64,000 nucleotides of DNA from Macrostomum hystrix (lineage: Eukaryota; Animalia; Platyhelminthes). Shown piece after piece: positions 13,301 through 27,400 of this stretch. How positions within the stretch are numbered: position 1 is the first letter of the stretch; the number at the start of each line of letters is the position of its first letter. The notes below the pieces were generated by a model, which worked only from the letters and a program-made list of their open reading frames with translations, was not told the DNA's origin and did no database searches. The DNA lies in NCBI GenBank assembly GCA_950097015.1, contig CATNEN010000003.1, positions 310,001 to 374,000 of the forward strand, written 5' to 3'. Both the position numbers and the translations under genes were made by a program.

Positions 13301-15230
13301 GTACTCAGCTTCTACAGTTATTTTGGAACACTTTCCGTATGCGTGCCTGCCTGTCTGGCTGTGGGTCTGTCTTAATAATAGAGTCTAGTTTGGCATCCAA
13401 CAAGCTTTACCCGAAGCCAAAGTGAAAGGATTTATCTGACCAGTGACCAAAGCTAATTTACTCAGTCAGCGCCGCACTGGACAGCGAGTCGCTTCGTTCC
13501 CCATTCGATTTTGCTGCCAACTTTTATTTCATTTCCGTCCCTGTCGCTTAGTTCGGTTCCTACTCTTCGTCATCGTCAGACTGATGACAATTCTAGTTGG
13601 CCAGAGATGAAGAGGGAGTCCTCTGTTTAGTTCGTTAGCTTAAAAATTCTGAAATGTGAGAGACGCGTCCGTTTTGGCATTTAGAGAATGTCGAATGGGT
13701 AGAATGAGAGAGAAGATGAGATTTGTAAGCCGATTACTCACTTAAGTCGTTCAAATTGCTGCATCTGTAGAACATGACATCTAGGTTCTCTTTTTAGGCA
13801 TTCACTTAAACGGTATACTGAGGTTTTTCTTTATTTTTTGGATAATATAAATGCAATTGTCGTTCCATTCAACTTTTCTGCTTACATATCAAAATATTCG
13901 TGGGTCCCTATTGAGATATTTCAGTGCCAATTCATTGATTAACTTCTCAGGATCGAGAATATTTAAGACTAGACTAACGCTGTTGTACAGCTGCTGATTA
14001 AAGTGCAGCTACAGTGTATTCATATGCAAATGGGACTTGTCTTTGTCCCGACTATGACAGTCCCGACTTTGCGAGCATCCAGTCCCAACTCACAACTTAA
14101 ACTGTAGTTCTATACGGGATGCATTGACAAAATACGACAGTCAAATCGTCAACTATCTCATGAGTCTCGAAAGCAATCAGAATTTTTTCGAAGCAGCCAA
14201 AATAAAGAAGGTGATGTTCTATTCATCAGTTTCCTCTTGCGCAAAGTCTAAATCCCAATCCCAATCTCGGTGCTCACGGAATTCCCTTGTGTGTGCCACT
14301 TCAGTGAAATGGTAGGGATTGTTGAAATTGAGTAGAAATTGATAAGGGCTGGAGATAATTCCAATCACTGCTTCTGTCGACTTGGGATTTGCCATCGAAA
14401 TCCCATCATTCCGAGGACATGGCATCTGTCTGCCCTCATGCCGCGTACATTCCTTGTTTAAAAAACGGATTCCAAGCTTTGATTCAAGTTTGCATATTAA
14501 TTGACTCTTCTTCAATAATGAGTTTTCAAGCCTACTAAGCATCGGTCTATAGTTTAGTGCTGCCGAATCGAGCCGAGGACGATCGGCCTATTTTTGAAAG
14601 AAGTAGCCGAAAGCTTTAGCTAGCTTACTGTACGAAATTTCATTTAATGGCTTCCTGTCGGCATGGACAAAAAAAGGCGCTCGCTTCAATTGAATTTTAG
14701 AGTTATAGGGATTGAGAATTTGTCTGCGCTTGGCTGATTAAAGCAGAGAGCTGCAACAGTGTAGTTCCCAAACAGAATAGTTTTTTATTTATTTTCGTTT
14801 GCTGAAAAAAGTGTAACTTGTTGGCTGATATTTATTATATTTTCTTTGACTTTGACTTGCCTTGTTACTGCCATACAAGCGTAGGGTATAAGCCTTTTTA
14901 TTTTCAAGTTATAAAGATCTTAAAGTTATTCCTAAAGTTGACACTGCGTTTCGATGTATTAGGGGACTCAACTTTTCCATCTTCCAAACATTTTTGTGCG
15001 TAACTACTAAAAAGTAATTATTTGCTCGGTCTTAATAAATTAATGATTGCGTAAATGACACAGAATTCTGGTAAACCCCCAATCGGTAAACAGGACTTTT
15101 AAGTGCCCCAGAACTTTCATTGCTTTGCTGTCAAGTAAAATATAAGTTTTACTTGGTTTTACTCACACATCAACCATTAAAGCTGCCTGTACAACATTTG
15201 CTACTATCTGAACAGAAATACTTCATGTAG

Positions 15231-15400
15231 GTGCGGGGTTGTAGCTTATCGGTTAGAGCGTCGGACTCACGACTTTAAGATCGTGGGTTTGATTCCCGAC
15301 TCTACCGAAGCAATGTGTCCATTCACAAGACACTTAACTCTGCATTGCTTAAGTTCATCCAGCTGTTTAATTGGTAGCAGCATTAGCTGGAGTAATTGAG
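15231..15400 (+). mobile_element. tRNA-derived SINE (tRNA-like head plus conserved-type central domain)
   Basis: A box tagcttatcgg, B box gggtttgattccc, imperfect stems. Followed by tgtgtccattcacaagacacttaactctgcattgc..catccagctg, which resembles central domains of widespread metazoan SINEs. Confidence 0.7.
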
Positions 15401-16131
15401 GGTGGATGTGGCTTTCCCCAATTCATGAGCCGAACAGCCGTATGCAGCCTTCAGATGTTCCGCACAATGGCTGCGGCAGTGCTGTCGGCTGCACATCTGA
15501 CCAAATTTGGGTAGGTGTAGTCAATTATTATTATTAATATATTGAAAAATAAGAACTCCTAAGCATAAGTCTGCCTGTATAAAACTAAGAGAAGAGAGAA
15601 AGCTATATCTAAGAGAAAGCTATATTGTGCTCGCGAAGGATGTCCTTATATGATGCGCAAGGTATCGTTTACTTAGTATTCGATATAAAGTTGCTAATAG
15701 GAGGCAATGATGACACTAAAGATGTCGGCGACGCTTGCGATGATAGGGGCGCGGTTTACAAACGGATATTACTGCAGAAAAATCACTACTAGTCACGTAG
15801 GCCTTCGAAGACTTTATGATCAAGACACGTTGACTGTTGCAGCTGAGATCAGACGAGTTGCCAGATTATTCTGAGTAGCATCATTTACGCATCTTTTAGA
15901 AGGAAAGTGGCAACTAGAAACGTCATTTCTTATTCGGAATTTAATTTATAATCGAATAATTGTCCCAGATCGCTGCCCTGCTGACAGTTTATTGCCTTCT
16001 CTTATAAATTATTTCAGCCAGCTAATAGACCAGCCTTGAACTAACCGATAAAATCAAACGAGAAGCTGCAAATATTTTGTGTTCTATTATTTGGACGCAA
16101 TTCGTCCCGAGGCTCGCAAATTGTCGCAGTC

Positions 16132-19100
16132 ATGGCTTCCACCATATTCTTCAAGCTCAAGTCCGACTTGGAGATGGAGGAGATTCACTTTGACGGCTCC
16201 GGCCTCACTGTACGCGACCTGCGCAAAATGATTCGCGAACGGCGCGGCTTCAAGGTGCAAGACTGTGACTTGGAGCTGTACGACTCAAGCACGGGCAAGC
16301 GTGAGTCTATTCTGTACACTCTATTTTCAGCCATAAAACCTGATTTTCCCATCAAAACGGACTGTACGGGTATTACACAAATAAATGCAACAATAGTAAA
16401 CTGTTCATTGCAGCCTTCGGCTCCGAGAATCAGGTTGTGCACAATTACTCATCTGTCATAGTGAAGCGAGTGGCCAAGAGTAGGCCGCCTGGAAAAGAGT
16501 AAGATGCAGCTTTGGATACAACTTAATCTAGATTTTTTGCTAATCTCTATTTTTACTTATTTTAAACTGGTATCCTAATTCACTATTTCAGCTCTAACTT
16601 TCCGAAGCCCAACATCTATGTAAGTGAATCATTACGTAATTTTAGAAGGCTGGTTGAAATGACTGCCATCGCGAATAATGATCTATTAACAGTTATTCTA
16701 TACCTGTATAAAATACTGTCGAAGGATATTACAGCTTATCGGAGTTCGGATTGCTGATAGACGATTCAGTTATTCAACTTGTTTGTTACTATATTTTAAG
16801 ATAATTTTAAGGTTCTTATTATTTTCATTCTTGAGTATGCTCCATGACCTGCTGTTTTCTGCAATCTCGATTGCTTTAAGCTTAAATTGCTATCTATATT
16901 TATCTGCCCGTTGATCAATTGCTCAGTTCTTTTGTACTCGTACTACGTTTAATGTCTATTATAATTCAGCTGTTATTTAGTCGGATAATTTTTATCTAGA
17001 ACTAAATAATGTTATTCCTCAATCGTATTTTTATATATGCATTTTTGCAGTTTATCTGTTCAATTTTTGATGATTTTTGCCAACGTGTATCACATTTGTT
17101 TTCTGAATGTACTTATTCGTAATGTAATTAGTGGCAATGAAGATGTTTTATATTGAGCGCACTGCTTCAAAAAGCGTTCTGTTCCCAAACAATTTTTTGC
17201 TTGGTCGCTTATCGGTCACATTTCACATTCTAGATAAATGTTTTTGTTATAGTAAAGGGCATGCTTTTTCGTTTATTACAGTATGGTATTGATTCGTCTG
17301 TACGTGTAAAGGTTTTTTTAACGGTCTTTGTGCATTTTATATCTATTTTCGTTTGTTTTTATACATTAAGTACGAATGGCATTGTGGATTTGATAATTGC
17401 GTATTGTTTTTCTAAACCGATTGATCTTCTGATCATACGACGACACGCTGAATGTGTTGAGTGTTGTCATTTCTGCAGCGGAGAAGTCCAAGGCTAATGT
17501 TCGTGCCAACTGCAGCACTGACTTGCTGCTTCCAATCATTTGCTTCTTTCAGCTGACTAGAAATATTAGAATATTGACAATCAATTGTCAGGAAGACGAG
17601 AAAACACATTTTTAATAACTGCCGCTTGCTTTTGGGGTAGCTCGTATTAATAACATTCATGAATTTTCTACTCTGAATTTTGTTTTATTATTTGTCAGTG
17701 TGTAATTTGCAGTTGGTGGAAGAATATTAGAAATAACAGCGCTGCTTTCTCCATTGTTTTCCAGCGCTTGCTATCGCAGCAAGCGTGCCATTAGTTTTAG
17801 TATTTTTGCCATCTGGGTCTTTTTTAAATAATTGTTTTGAAAGAGGCTTTGTTAGGTGATTTGTTGAAAGGGCTAGATTTCTAGGAAAATTCCAATATCA
17901 ATTTTCAAATGCTTTTTTAGTGCATCTCGACAATGCCTACATTGGCAGGTATGCAGTTTCTATTGTGAAGTCTCAGTTTGGCTTGGCTACAGTGGCTTAT
18001 CCGAATGGTCTGATTTTCAATTAGTCTAATGATAATAGAATAAGCGCCTATCTGCTGCCAAAAATATTGCAGCGTCGCAGCTTCCGTTCCTGCATATGCG
18101 CAACGTTATCTATCTTATGACTTTCGTTGTTCTATACAGCTAGTAATATAGCTCTAAAAATATAAGCCAATCGATCACCATCTCTGAGAGGAAAATTTTC
18201 TTGAAACAAAAAGACTGAAAATTAAATAAACTACTTTGATTGCACTGGTAGGGATTGTATGTTGGCCTTGTTTAGATAATATTTTTTAACGCATCATTGT
18301 ATGCTGCGTCTGCGGCGAATAACTGAGACCTGACTTGAAAAAAATAAATTGTATTAGCTTCGAACGAGTACATGGCATTATTTTTGCTTCATACCCAGCA
18401 CCGTTGCTCTTTGAGACTGCAATGCAAAATATCTAATTGTATAATTTCAGACTTCTCTTTCTTTCATGTGCAGTCTAATTGTTTTCCAGCTGGCATAATT
18501 TAACAATCAACCGGAGTTGTCTGCCTTCCTTCTGCAGTTCAGCCATGCTATAGCAGCGATCCATCAATGCCATTGTTTTAATTGAGCCTCATTTGACGCA
18601 TTTTAGCAACCCCGAGACGAGCCGAAGGAGCGACCGCAGCCTGCGCCAGCCACCACGGGAAGCATGATCGACTTGTCCAAGCGTACCGACATGACGGAGG
18701 ACGAGAAGATTAAAAAGATGGTGGAATATTCCACGCAGAAGTATGCGCACGTCAAGTAAGTACCGCTTGAGCTTTGTTCGTTATGGGAAAAACAAAGACC
18801 GATTTAACTTTAGCATGGGTTGGCAAACTTGTTACCGTGCGGGCCACCGAGAGAAGGTAAAAGACGACAGCGGGCCGCATGAACTGTAGGAATATGAGAA
18901 AGAGGAGAGATAAGACACGAGAGAGATGGGGAGAGGCGAGACAGGGAAGATATGAGACACGGGATAGACGCGAATGACTGCCATCTATATTTTAGGCCGC
19001 TAGAAAACGACTATAAGTGAAGTGCTATATTTCCTAGCTTTTGTCAAATCCCGTATTCAATCGTAGCTCGTATTACTGCATAGTGACTCGGGATGCAGGA

Positions 19101-22100
19101 GAATAGCTCTTGCGAAATATTCTCTTCCGTCAGCCAATTCGATTTCTTTTTACATCCTTCTGGTTGAAAACAGCAAATTTGCGTACGCTCGCTTGTGTGG
19201 TGTATTGTTTGATGAACCGGGTGAGTGGGACAACTACATCTAGTATCTTTGTATCTAGACAATTTGAGTGTCTTCACTTGTGCCAATCATTATCTTAGAT
19301 GCCTGGCGCATAAAATGACTTTAAGTGAAGCTGCTGGAACTTTAAGGGTGTCTTCTGTGTCTGCCTTGAAATAATGCGATTAGCTAGATTGAGGGAAGCT
19401 GGTTGAAGGTACTGGTAATGCAGTAAGGCCCTTGTTAAGTGCTAAGAACTGAAAAGGCTCCCTCGTGCTTCTAGCCTGAAAGTCTGGGCCACAAAATAGC
19501 TGAATTAAAATGATATTTCTCACTTTCATCAAAAGCGCCACCTGATGCATGTAACAATCAACCGAACCCATTCCATCCCCAATGCAGCTATAACGTTCGC
19601 AAACGTCCAGGTGGCAATCCGGGACCTCGTTACATGTGCTACCGCTGCGGCATGAAGGGCCACTGGATCTACGACTGCACTCGGGCACCAGACAACCGGG
19701 CTGTAGAGAATAAGAAGTCTAGGATGAAACCAACAACTGGCTTACCCAAGGATTCGCTGTTGTACATGGACAATCCAGTACCTGGGGCTCTCATTACTAA
19801 GGATGGCAAGTATGCCATACCGAAGATGGATCTGGAGGCTAAGCTGCTTGGCAAAAAGGAGAAAAAGCCTTTCAGTGAGGAGGAGAATCCATCAACTCTC
19901 GTTGACTCTTTAGAACCGATGGACATACCGGACGATTTGAAGTGTCCGCTTTGCCAGGATGTGTTTAAAGACGCTGTAATTATAAAATGCTGCGGCTCAA
20001 CCTATTGCAATGATTGCATTCTAAACAGGTTGTTTGATACAGAATCGGACAGCGCCACTCTGCACAGCTGTCCACATTGCGGCGAATCCGTTGACGACAC
20101 GGACATGCTAGTCTGCAACATTGCCACTCGCAATCGTGTCACAGCTTTCTTCATGAAAGAGCGCGAACACCGCATTGAACAGATTCGGCTGGAACAGGCA
20201 GCTCAAAGGGCCGCAGTTGCGCAGCAGCAGCAACAACAGCAACAGCAGCAACAACAGCAGCATCAACAACAACAGCATCAAAAACAACAAAATCAACAGC
20301 AGCAGCAGCAGCAGCAACAGCAACAGCGTCAGCAACAACAGCAGGTTAGACGTCAGCAACCTACATCAACCGCACCCAAGCTGACTACGGCATTTTCAGC
20401 ACCTGGGGCTCCAGCCTTTACAACTGCTGCAGCCGCTTCATCAGCCGCGACTGCATCATCATCAGCTTCGGTATCTGCATCAGCGTCCGCTGAGATAAAA
20501 GATAGTCGTGACACTGACGTCGAAGAAAATGGTTCAATGAAAGACGACTCTAACTCTGATTCCGATTCTGAAGCGTCCGTCATTGTCCACCTAAATCTGA
20601 ATCGTCGAGATGATGCACTTGGCCACGATGTGGCCGATGATGATGATGGCGAAGAAATCGACAATGAGTTGGACAATCTAAAGTATGAAGAAGAAGATTA
20701 TCAAATAGTGACGCTTCCTGAGCTCACTGAAGGACCAAACAATGACAATCGATTAAAGCGAACATCGGAGAGTGACACCGCTCTGGTTATGATGCATCAG
20801 CAGCAAGATGAGACGATGAAACAGAAGCATGCACAGCAACAGTCTCAATTCAGCGCCTCTTCTAGCGTTAGCACTGTCAATCAAATGCATCGAACGTTGT
20901 CTTCGAACTCGATGCAAAGCGCTCAATTAGTGGGCCATGCTCTGCAGCAACAGCAGCCTCTTCAACACCACCCATCTGCCTTTCAACAACAGCCAACATC
21001 GCAGCACCAGCTTCAGAATCAGCAGAGGCCTCAGTATGGCCAGTCTCAACAGCAATACCCACCGCAGCAGGCTTTTTACCCACAATCGCAACAGTTTATA
21101 CCGCATCAGCAGCCGCAGCGATATGATGTTACTAGGCCGGATGCTGGCACGCTTCAACCAATGATGCCATTTCAGCAGCACCAGGCTGCGCTCCTGACAC
21201 AGCAACAAGGCCTTATGCAGAGGATGGTGCAGCCGGGGATGCAGCAGCTGCCGTCGACCTCCATGGTGGCGTCTATTTTGCCTCATGCCCCACATCTCCA
21301 GCAGCCGCAGCATCTACAAGCCCAGCACACCGCCGTGACTTTGTCCCAGACATCCTATCAGCAACACGTTCCCGTCCATCAGCTGCCAATGCAATCTGGT
21401 GGACCTCAATATTTTGCTCCACAATTTCCGGGTGCTCCTAATCCGCTAGCTCCCATGCCTATTCCTCATCATCAGCAGGTGCAACATCCTTCGATTGTTG
21501 CGCCTTCTGTGCCAGCGCCACCAATACCATCCGCTGTTGTCGCACCTCCGACTTTGACAGCTCCGGCTGCCATTTCCGCCACTGCAGTGCCTATTCCTTC
21601 GGCGCCTGCATCTTCTGGCGCGGCGGCGCCTTCAGCACCGGCCGGGGCAGTGCTTCCAATCCGTCCTACTGGCGTGGCGCCGATGAGTGAGGAGGAGTTT
21701 AATCGCATTAAGCTGCGCCTAATGGCAGCTGACAAGCGGCGCAAAGATGACGCCTGTTTGGACTTTATTTTGGGCAAACGGCGACCCGCCTTAGTCCAGC
21801 AAAAGCGAAAGTCCGCTTCACCGAGTCCTAGTTCGTCCGCCTCCAGGCGACATCATAAGCAGCGTCGACGAAATTCCCCGTCAGATAGCACTGGTGGGCC
21901 TGCAACATCGCGCCGTCGGCATCGCCGACACTCCGGCAGCCGCAGCCGAAGTCACAGTCGGCGAAGAAGTCACAGCGGCAGCCAGCAAGCTGCTAATCGT
22001 CGCCGGCAGCAGCCAAATCGAAGCAGCCGTTCTCCTCGACAGCACCGTCGTCGAGTCAGTCGTAGCCCCAGTCGTAGCCCAAGCCGTAGTCGCAGCCGCT

Positions 22101-24106
22101 CCGATGATTCACGCTCGCGCGTAGCGTCAGCGTCGGCCTCTGCTGCTGTTGCATCGCGTCAACAGCGCCGACGAGGCGGTAGTCGCCACAAACGCAGCCG
22201 CTCTTCTTCCTCCAGTGGTAGTCGCGGCAGAGGCGGAGGTGGAGGCGATGGAGCTGGAGTCAGCCTAGCGGCCTCTGGTGCCTCCGCTAACATCCAAGAC
22301 TATCGGCGCGCCTTTGAGGGCTTCATGAAGCAGTATCTTAAGTCTGCAGCTGGCGTTGGCAGCGCTGGTGGCAGCGGTCACGCTCGCAACGAACGCAGCC
22401 AAAGCCGCAGTCGCAGCCGAGGCTCCGCCAGCGGTTCTTCAGCCTCTTCTTCAACTCATTCGTCACCTAACCCGCCAAAGACTCGCGGTCGTCATGAGAA
22501 GCAGTCGCTGGCTAGTCAGAAGTCGCCTAAGAAGCGTCTGCAGCAACGCGATCCCAAGCGAGAGCAGCATCGCAAAGAGAAGCGGCATGAAAAGGAAGGT
22601 CATCGACGCCGCAGTCTCAGCCCCAGTCGCAGCCGTAGCAGCAGTGAAAGCCGCAGCAGGAGTAACGGCAGTCGCAGCAGCCTCTCGCCAAGCCGAGGCG
22701 GAGGCGGCGGCAGCAGTATCTTGGTGGCTGATCACAATCCTATAATTGCCAAAATGATCAAGAGTCATCTGCGTGCCAGCCCGCCACCACCTGCCGTTGA
22801 AGATACTGCCAGGTTTGTTAATATTATTTCGATTTGAGCCTACTTGAATTGTATTCCATTTAATACGTGGAAGTTTTAGTTTAGTAGTTGGAGCTTCAAG
22901 CTTCTGACTGAGAGGTCAGAAGTTCGAATCCCAGGTGAAACTGTTTGTCAATTTTAGAGCATATACCCTAACTCCGCCATCCAAAAGGTAAAATTACCTA
23001 TTCAAATAGAATATTAAATAGGACTCAGTGCACTTGTAGCTCTGCATGGGATGTGCATTTTTTGCTTTCCACCATCTGAAAAAAGGCAGACCGTTTCAGC
23101 ATATAAGTAAATAATGACGCTGTTTTTTAATTCATGAAAAAGTATTTCTAACTAACTTGATTTTCCATATTTATTGCATGTCAAACAGTTTCATGTGTGT
23201 TATGTGTCTCTTCACTCTTTAACTTTTTTATATCTACAGGGTCGTCGAAATCATCCTCATCATCCTCTGCCTCCCAGATAGTCATCCTTTGGATCCTCAC
23301 AATCATCCTTTGGCTCCTACGTACTTGCTATCCTCCTCTAGCTCCGAGATCCTCATGATCGTCATTTGGCTCCCAGATTCTCGTAATCACTTTCTGGCTC
23401 CCAGATCCTCATGATTGTCATTCGGCTCCCAGATTCTCATAATAATCCTCTGGCTCCCAGATCCTCATAATAATCCTCTGGCTTAAATGTCCGGTTTAGT
23501 TGAATCTATCTCATGTGTAACCAAGCCTTTATACTTCTCGCACTGCCTGTAGCGGCTCCCGCAAGTTGGCCGCCGATAAGATTTTCAACGCGGCCGCACA
23601 GCCCAGCAAAAAGCAGGGCAAGCAAAAGAAGGCCAAGAAATCGAAACAGGAACCGCAGCAGCAGTCCAAGGCGGATAAGAGTAGCTCAAACAAAAAGCGG
23701 CATCATCACCGACGACGCAATGAAAGCGAAGAGAGTGCCGACAGCGGCAGCGAAGATCCCGACAATCGGAGTCGATCCCCCAGCGAGCCGTCGCCTTCTA
23801 AGAAGTGAGTAGTCGATTTGTATTCTCTTTTAAGCCATTGCTCTCAGCAACCGTTCAACCATTTCATTCAATTTACTTCATTCAATTCATTCAAGGCGGA
23901 AGCGGAAGGCCAAGCCGGAGCCGTCATCAGCCGCCGCATCCGACAACAGAAGCGACAATTTGAAAGCCGCCGCCTCCGATGACAACGAAGAGGCAGCTAG
24001 AAAGAAGAAGAAATCATCCAAGGACGACAAGCACAGGCGCGAGCAAAAGAAGTCAAAGAAGAACAAAAAGGATAAGCGGGCAAAGGCGGTTTCAAGCCGA
24101 GATTAG
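16132..24106 (+). CDS. RBBP6: RBBP6/SNAMA/Mpe1-family E3 ligase and polyadenylation factor. Exons 16132-16300, 16414-16498, 16592-16619, 18607-18755, 19588-22812, 23553-23804, 23896-24106
   Basis: DWNN domain (TIFFKLKS..FDG..DCDLEL..SSVIVKRV), linker TEDEKIKKM, zinc knuckle CYRCGMKGHWIYDC, PTTGLPKD motif, RING (CPLC..CC..YC..CI..CPHC), then polyQ, Pro-rich, RS-rich and Lys-rich tail. All junctions are GT-AG and keep frame. Confidence 0.9.
22870..22990 (+). mobile_element. Degenerate tRNA-derived SINE fragment in an RBBP6 intron
   Basis: B box agttcgaatccc after a tRNA-like segment (tctgac..gtcaga stem), then a body-like ccctaactccg segment. Confidence 0.45.
23270..23485. repeat. Degenerate 28-bp minisatellite (ggctcccagatcctcataataatcctct), RBBP6 intron
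   Basis: Several diverged tandem copies. Confidence 0.75.
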
Positions 24107-24309
24107 GCTTAAGGCTTTTGCGTAGTTTTTCTTGTCCAGTTTTTACCTGCTTTTGTATTTTCTATTGCGCGATATATTCATCAGGACTCATATTTCCTGA
24201 TTAAGTTTGGCAGATCTAGCAACATCTCAGAAACTACTGGTTTCTTAGATCATCGGATTGAAATTGAAGTAGTTCCTCAGAAAATAATAACAGAAAACTT
24301 TGAATATAC

Positions 24310-24490
24310 TTCAGTTTAACTTCCAATCTGCTCAGATCCTCAGGTTAAACTTCCAATCTGCTCAGATCCTCAGGTTAAACTTCCAATCTGCTCAGATCTT
24401 CAGGTTTAACTTCCAGTCTGCTCAGATCCTCAGGTTAAACTCCCAATCTGCTCAGATCCTCAGGTTAAACTCCTAATCTGCTCAGATCTA
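24310..24490. repeat. 30-bp minisatellite (cagatcctcaggttaaacttccaatctgct), about 6 copies, downstream of the RBBP6 stop
   Basis: Period-30 repetition visible directly. Confidence 0.92.
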
Positions 24491-27400
24491 GCTAAACTCG
24501 CAATGTCTTAGGTCCCCAACTTCAACTTCATAAGCCTGCCAGTTTCCAAGTATCCCAGTTTTTGAAATTTATCAAAACTCTAACTAAACTTTTGTTTAGC
24601 GGTATCTAAATGTTGAAAGTTCAGCTGGGTCAACCGACTCATAAATACCTGCTAGACTTAGCTTTCAGGCACATTTGTCACGCTTTGAGCTATTGCTTTG
24701 GCATCTTTAGTAATAGGTTAATGTCAATATCTGCTTCTGTGTATTTAATTTCAACGCTGTTTTTATTGCTTCGCTCTGAGTTTTCAAACATTGCCGAAGT
24801 TTTTCCGTTGTGCTTTGTAACTTGTTACCGTGTACCTGTTGCCGTCTATATATTATTTTTTACGTTTCGTTTCGAGGCGAATGACATTGCCGTTTATTCA
24901 TTTTCTACGCTAACGCACATCTTCCGTTACTCTAACTTTTGTAATAAAAATCCTCCATTTTACTGTTCAATGAGCAGTTTGGTTAATGCCCAACTGGGAT
25001 GATTCGGTGATTTTAAGCACGAGCATTTTACTTGAAATATCCCCGATCGAGTGACTCTGGTTTTCAAATCCCAGCTCTGATGTATTGGGGAATTAAAGTG
25101 CTCACTGCAGTTTACAAGTAAGTGAGTTAAGACTCTGCAATTCAACACGGGATGATGGGCTAATCCGGTGTATCATATTAGCCGCGGTATGAGCTTTGCT
25201 CAGTGCTAGATACCATGGATGCTTTCTTGTAGGTCAATATGGCGATGGCAGTGTGATGCTAAGGGACTGCATAAAGTTGCCAAGTTTAATTTGGTCTGCC
25301 ATCATTAGGATGTGTCCGATTAGGCGGGTCTTTGGTAGCTCAGTAATTATTTTATTCGATCAAAGTCATCCCACTAAGCATTATGCAGCTTTCTGTGTGT
25401 ACATTGTTCTCTTGCAATTTATCCTGCTGTTACTGTGCTTAAAGTACATTAGGACTGGCATCGTCTTACTAACTACTCATATTGTTAGTATGCATTGTTG
25501 TTTGCTTTGTTTTTTCATAAAATAATTTCTTACAGATAAACTCTAATTAAAGCTGGAACACCTGCACCACCATATTCGTTTTTGTAATGTACGCTGCCTG
25601 TCGTATTTGTCATTCAAGCTTTTATTTATAACTTTTTGTATTGTCTTTGAATATTTAACAATGATAATAAAAATAATAATAAATATAATGATTATAAGCA
25701 CTTAGATTATTGGCGAACTGTAGCCTAAGTTCCAGAAGGTGAATTGCTCTGCTCTTTTCTTTTCCGTTTTGCTAGTTTTAGGGCTGTCAAATAGCGTGTT
25801 GTAGGACCCAGTCTTAGGCAAAGCAGGTCTATGCGGTGTTTAGCTGTGCATAGGACCTGTTTTATTATATATTTTGTGTCATTTATTGATATTATGGCTG
25901 TTTATTTGCAGCTCTTGTCCCATATTTTCGGTTTATGAAGGATCTGTGTGTGCTGTTTAGGACATTTTTATTAGCTGGGCTACCATCCTCCATCTACCAT
26001 CCGATGCTACTCGCTTTATGGCGGCCTTTCGTCCTGCAGAACTCCAGGACTCCTCTGCGATGCACTGAAAGCGATAAAAATTGGGGTCTCACCCATGAGT
26101 TTGGGAATCCGAAATTTCAGCAATGGCAATGAGAAAATTTATATGTAGATTATTTGAAATAGTGAAAAGAAATTATACGATTTTGAAGTGTCTGATCTAT
26201 TATTTGGATCTCTAGGTTAAGTAAGTTTCGGAATTTCATTTTGAAGACTCTAAGCTAGTTTAGGAGAGGTAGGTTAGTAGGTTTTAGCATCGATCAGGGG
26301 CTCAGAAATATTGTTATAAGGGGCATGTTTAATTCACACGTTGGTTAGATACATAGGTACTGATGTGTCTTCCTTGTATGCAGGTTTCTATGTTTACAGA
26401 ATTCTATACTAAAACATCAGCGATGTAGCAATTGATGATTTAGAAATGATTTTATTTTTCCCAGCTCCTTCGCTTGTTCCTCCCCATTTAGGCGATGTTC
26501 CCGTGTGCTCGTTTAATGGCTGCCTCCACTCACTCTACCGATTCCCTCCTTATCTACCACCCACTCACTGTCTCCCTTGCTCACATTTACACTAATCTCT
26601 TATTTGGTTTCCCCGCTGCTCTGATCGCATGATCCCATTTCCCTTTCTTAAAGGGATGCAGCAAAAGAATTTAAGATGCAAAGCGTTGCTACCATGAGTT
26701 TGAGTGAAATTATCAAAGTGCGATCTTCTACATGCAGTTGCAGAGTAGCTGTCAATCATACCTTCGTAGTTTTTGGTGCTGGAAATGTTGATTAATTTTA
26801 TTAAAGGCTTCCCTGTCAACACAAGCTTTCTATTCTCCTGCGCCTCTAAAAACTTGATAGGCGAATTTTCCAAGTTCAGAGGCTAGATTAGTGATGATCG
26901 TTTAACGCGCAGAAAATAGAACAATTTCTCCACTCAGCTTGAAATATGCAGACTGCTCACATTCTCCCACCCACTCAGTTCGGTTCTGCTCACGCATGCT
27001 GTCATTTAACACCGGCCTCATTAGCGCGTTCCACACCCTTTTTGACGAACTTCTTGTCCCCATCCTGTCGCGGTCTTCTCTTCCTGTGGGGGTGGATGTA
27101 GTCTAGGTCCATTTGGTAATGAGACACTGCTGCTGGCTCACCTATGCAGGTGATTGCCCCAGCCAATTTTCTTTTTCTCTTAGAGTCCTCTTGGCAATGG
27201 CTTCGCGTGTCGCCTTGTCTTTTCCTGTTCTGCTTTTGCTCGCCTTGCGTCCAGAATTTCCTTAAGTATTTTTCCTTCTGGCCTTTTCTTTAGTCCGCCT
27301 TCCTTTAAAGGCTTTACGATCTGGTTTGATCAACTCTAGCTAGAATAATTGGTTCACATGACACCGGATCGTACTGTCAACTTAAGAGTAGATTTCTTCT

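Noticed and set aside
15231-15310. Functional tRNA-Val(CAC) gene
   Set aside because: Anticodon and acceptor stems pair poorly, the T-loop is mutated (gtttga), and it continues into a SINE-like body.
23240-23415. Extra RBBP6 exon after tctacag
   Set aside because: The in-frame reading runs into a minisatellite and a stop, whereas 22812 to 23553 splices cleanly.
24150-24190. Second hammerhead (minus-strand ctgatga...gaaa)
   Set aside because: No proper stem II and no stem III or NUH site. Other CTGATGA hits noticed (13581, about 14223, about 50474) also lack the core arrangement.
26940-27330. Possible decayed LINE 3' fragment on the minus strand
   Set aside because: Only a vague resemblance; too degenerate to support without a repeat-library search.
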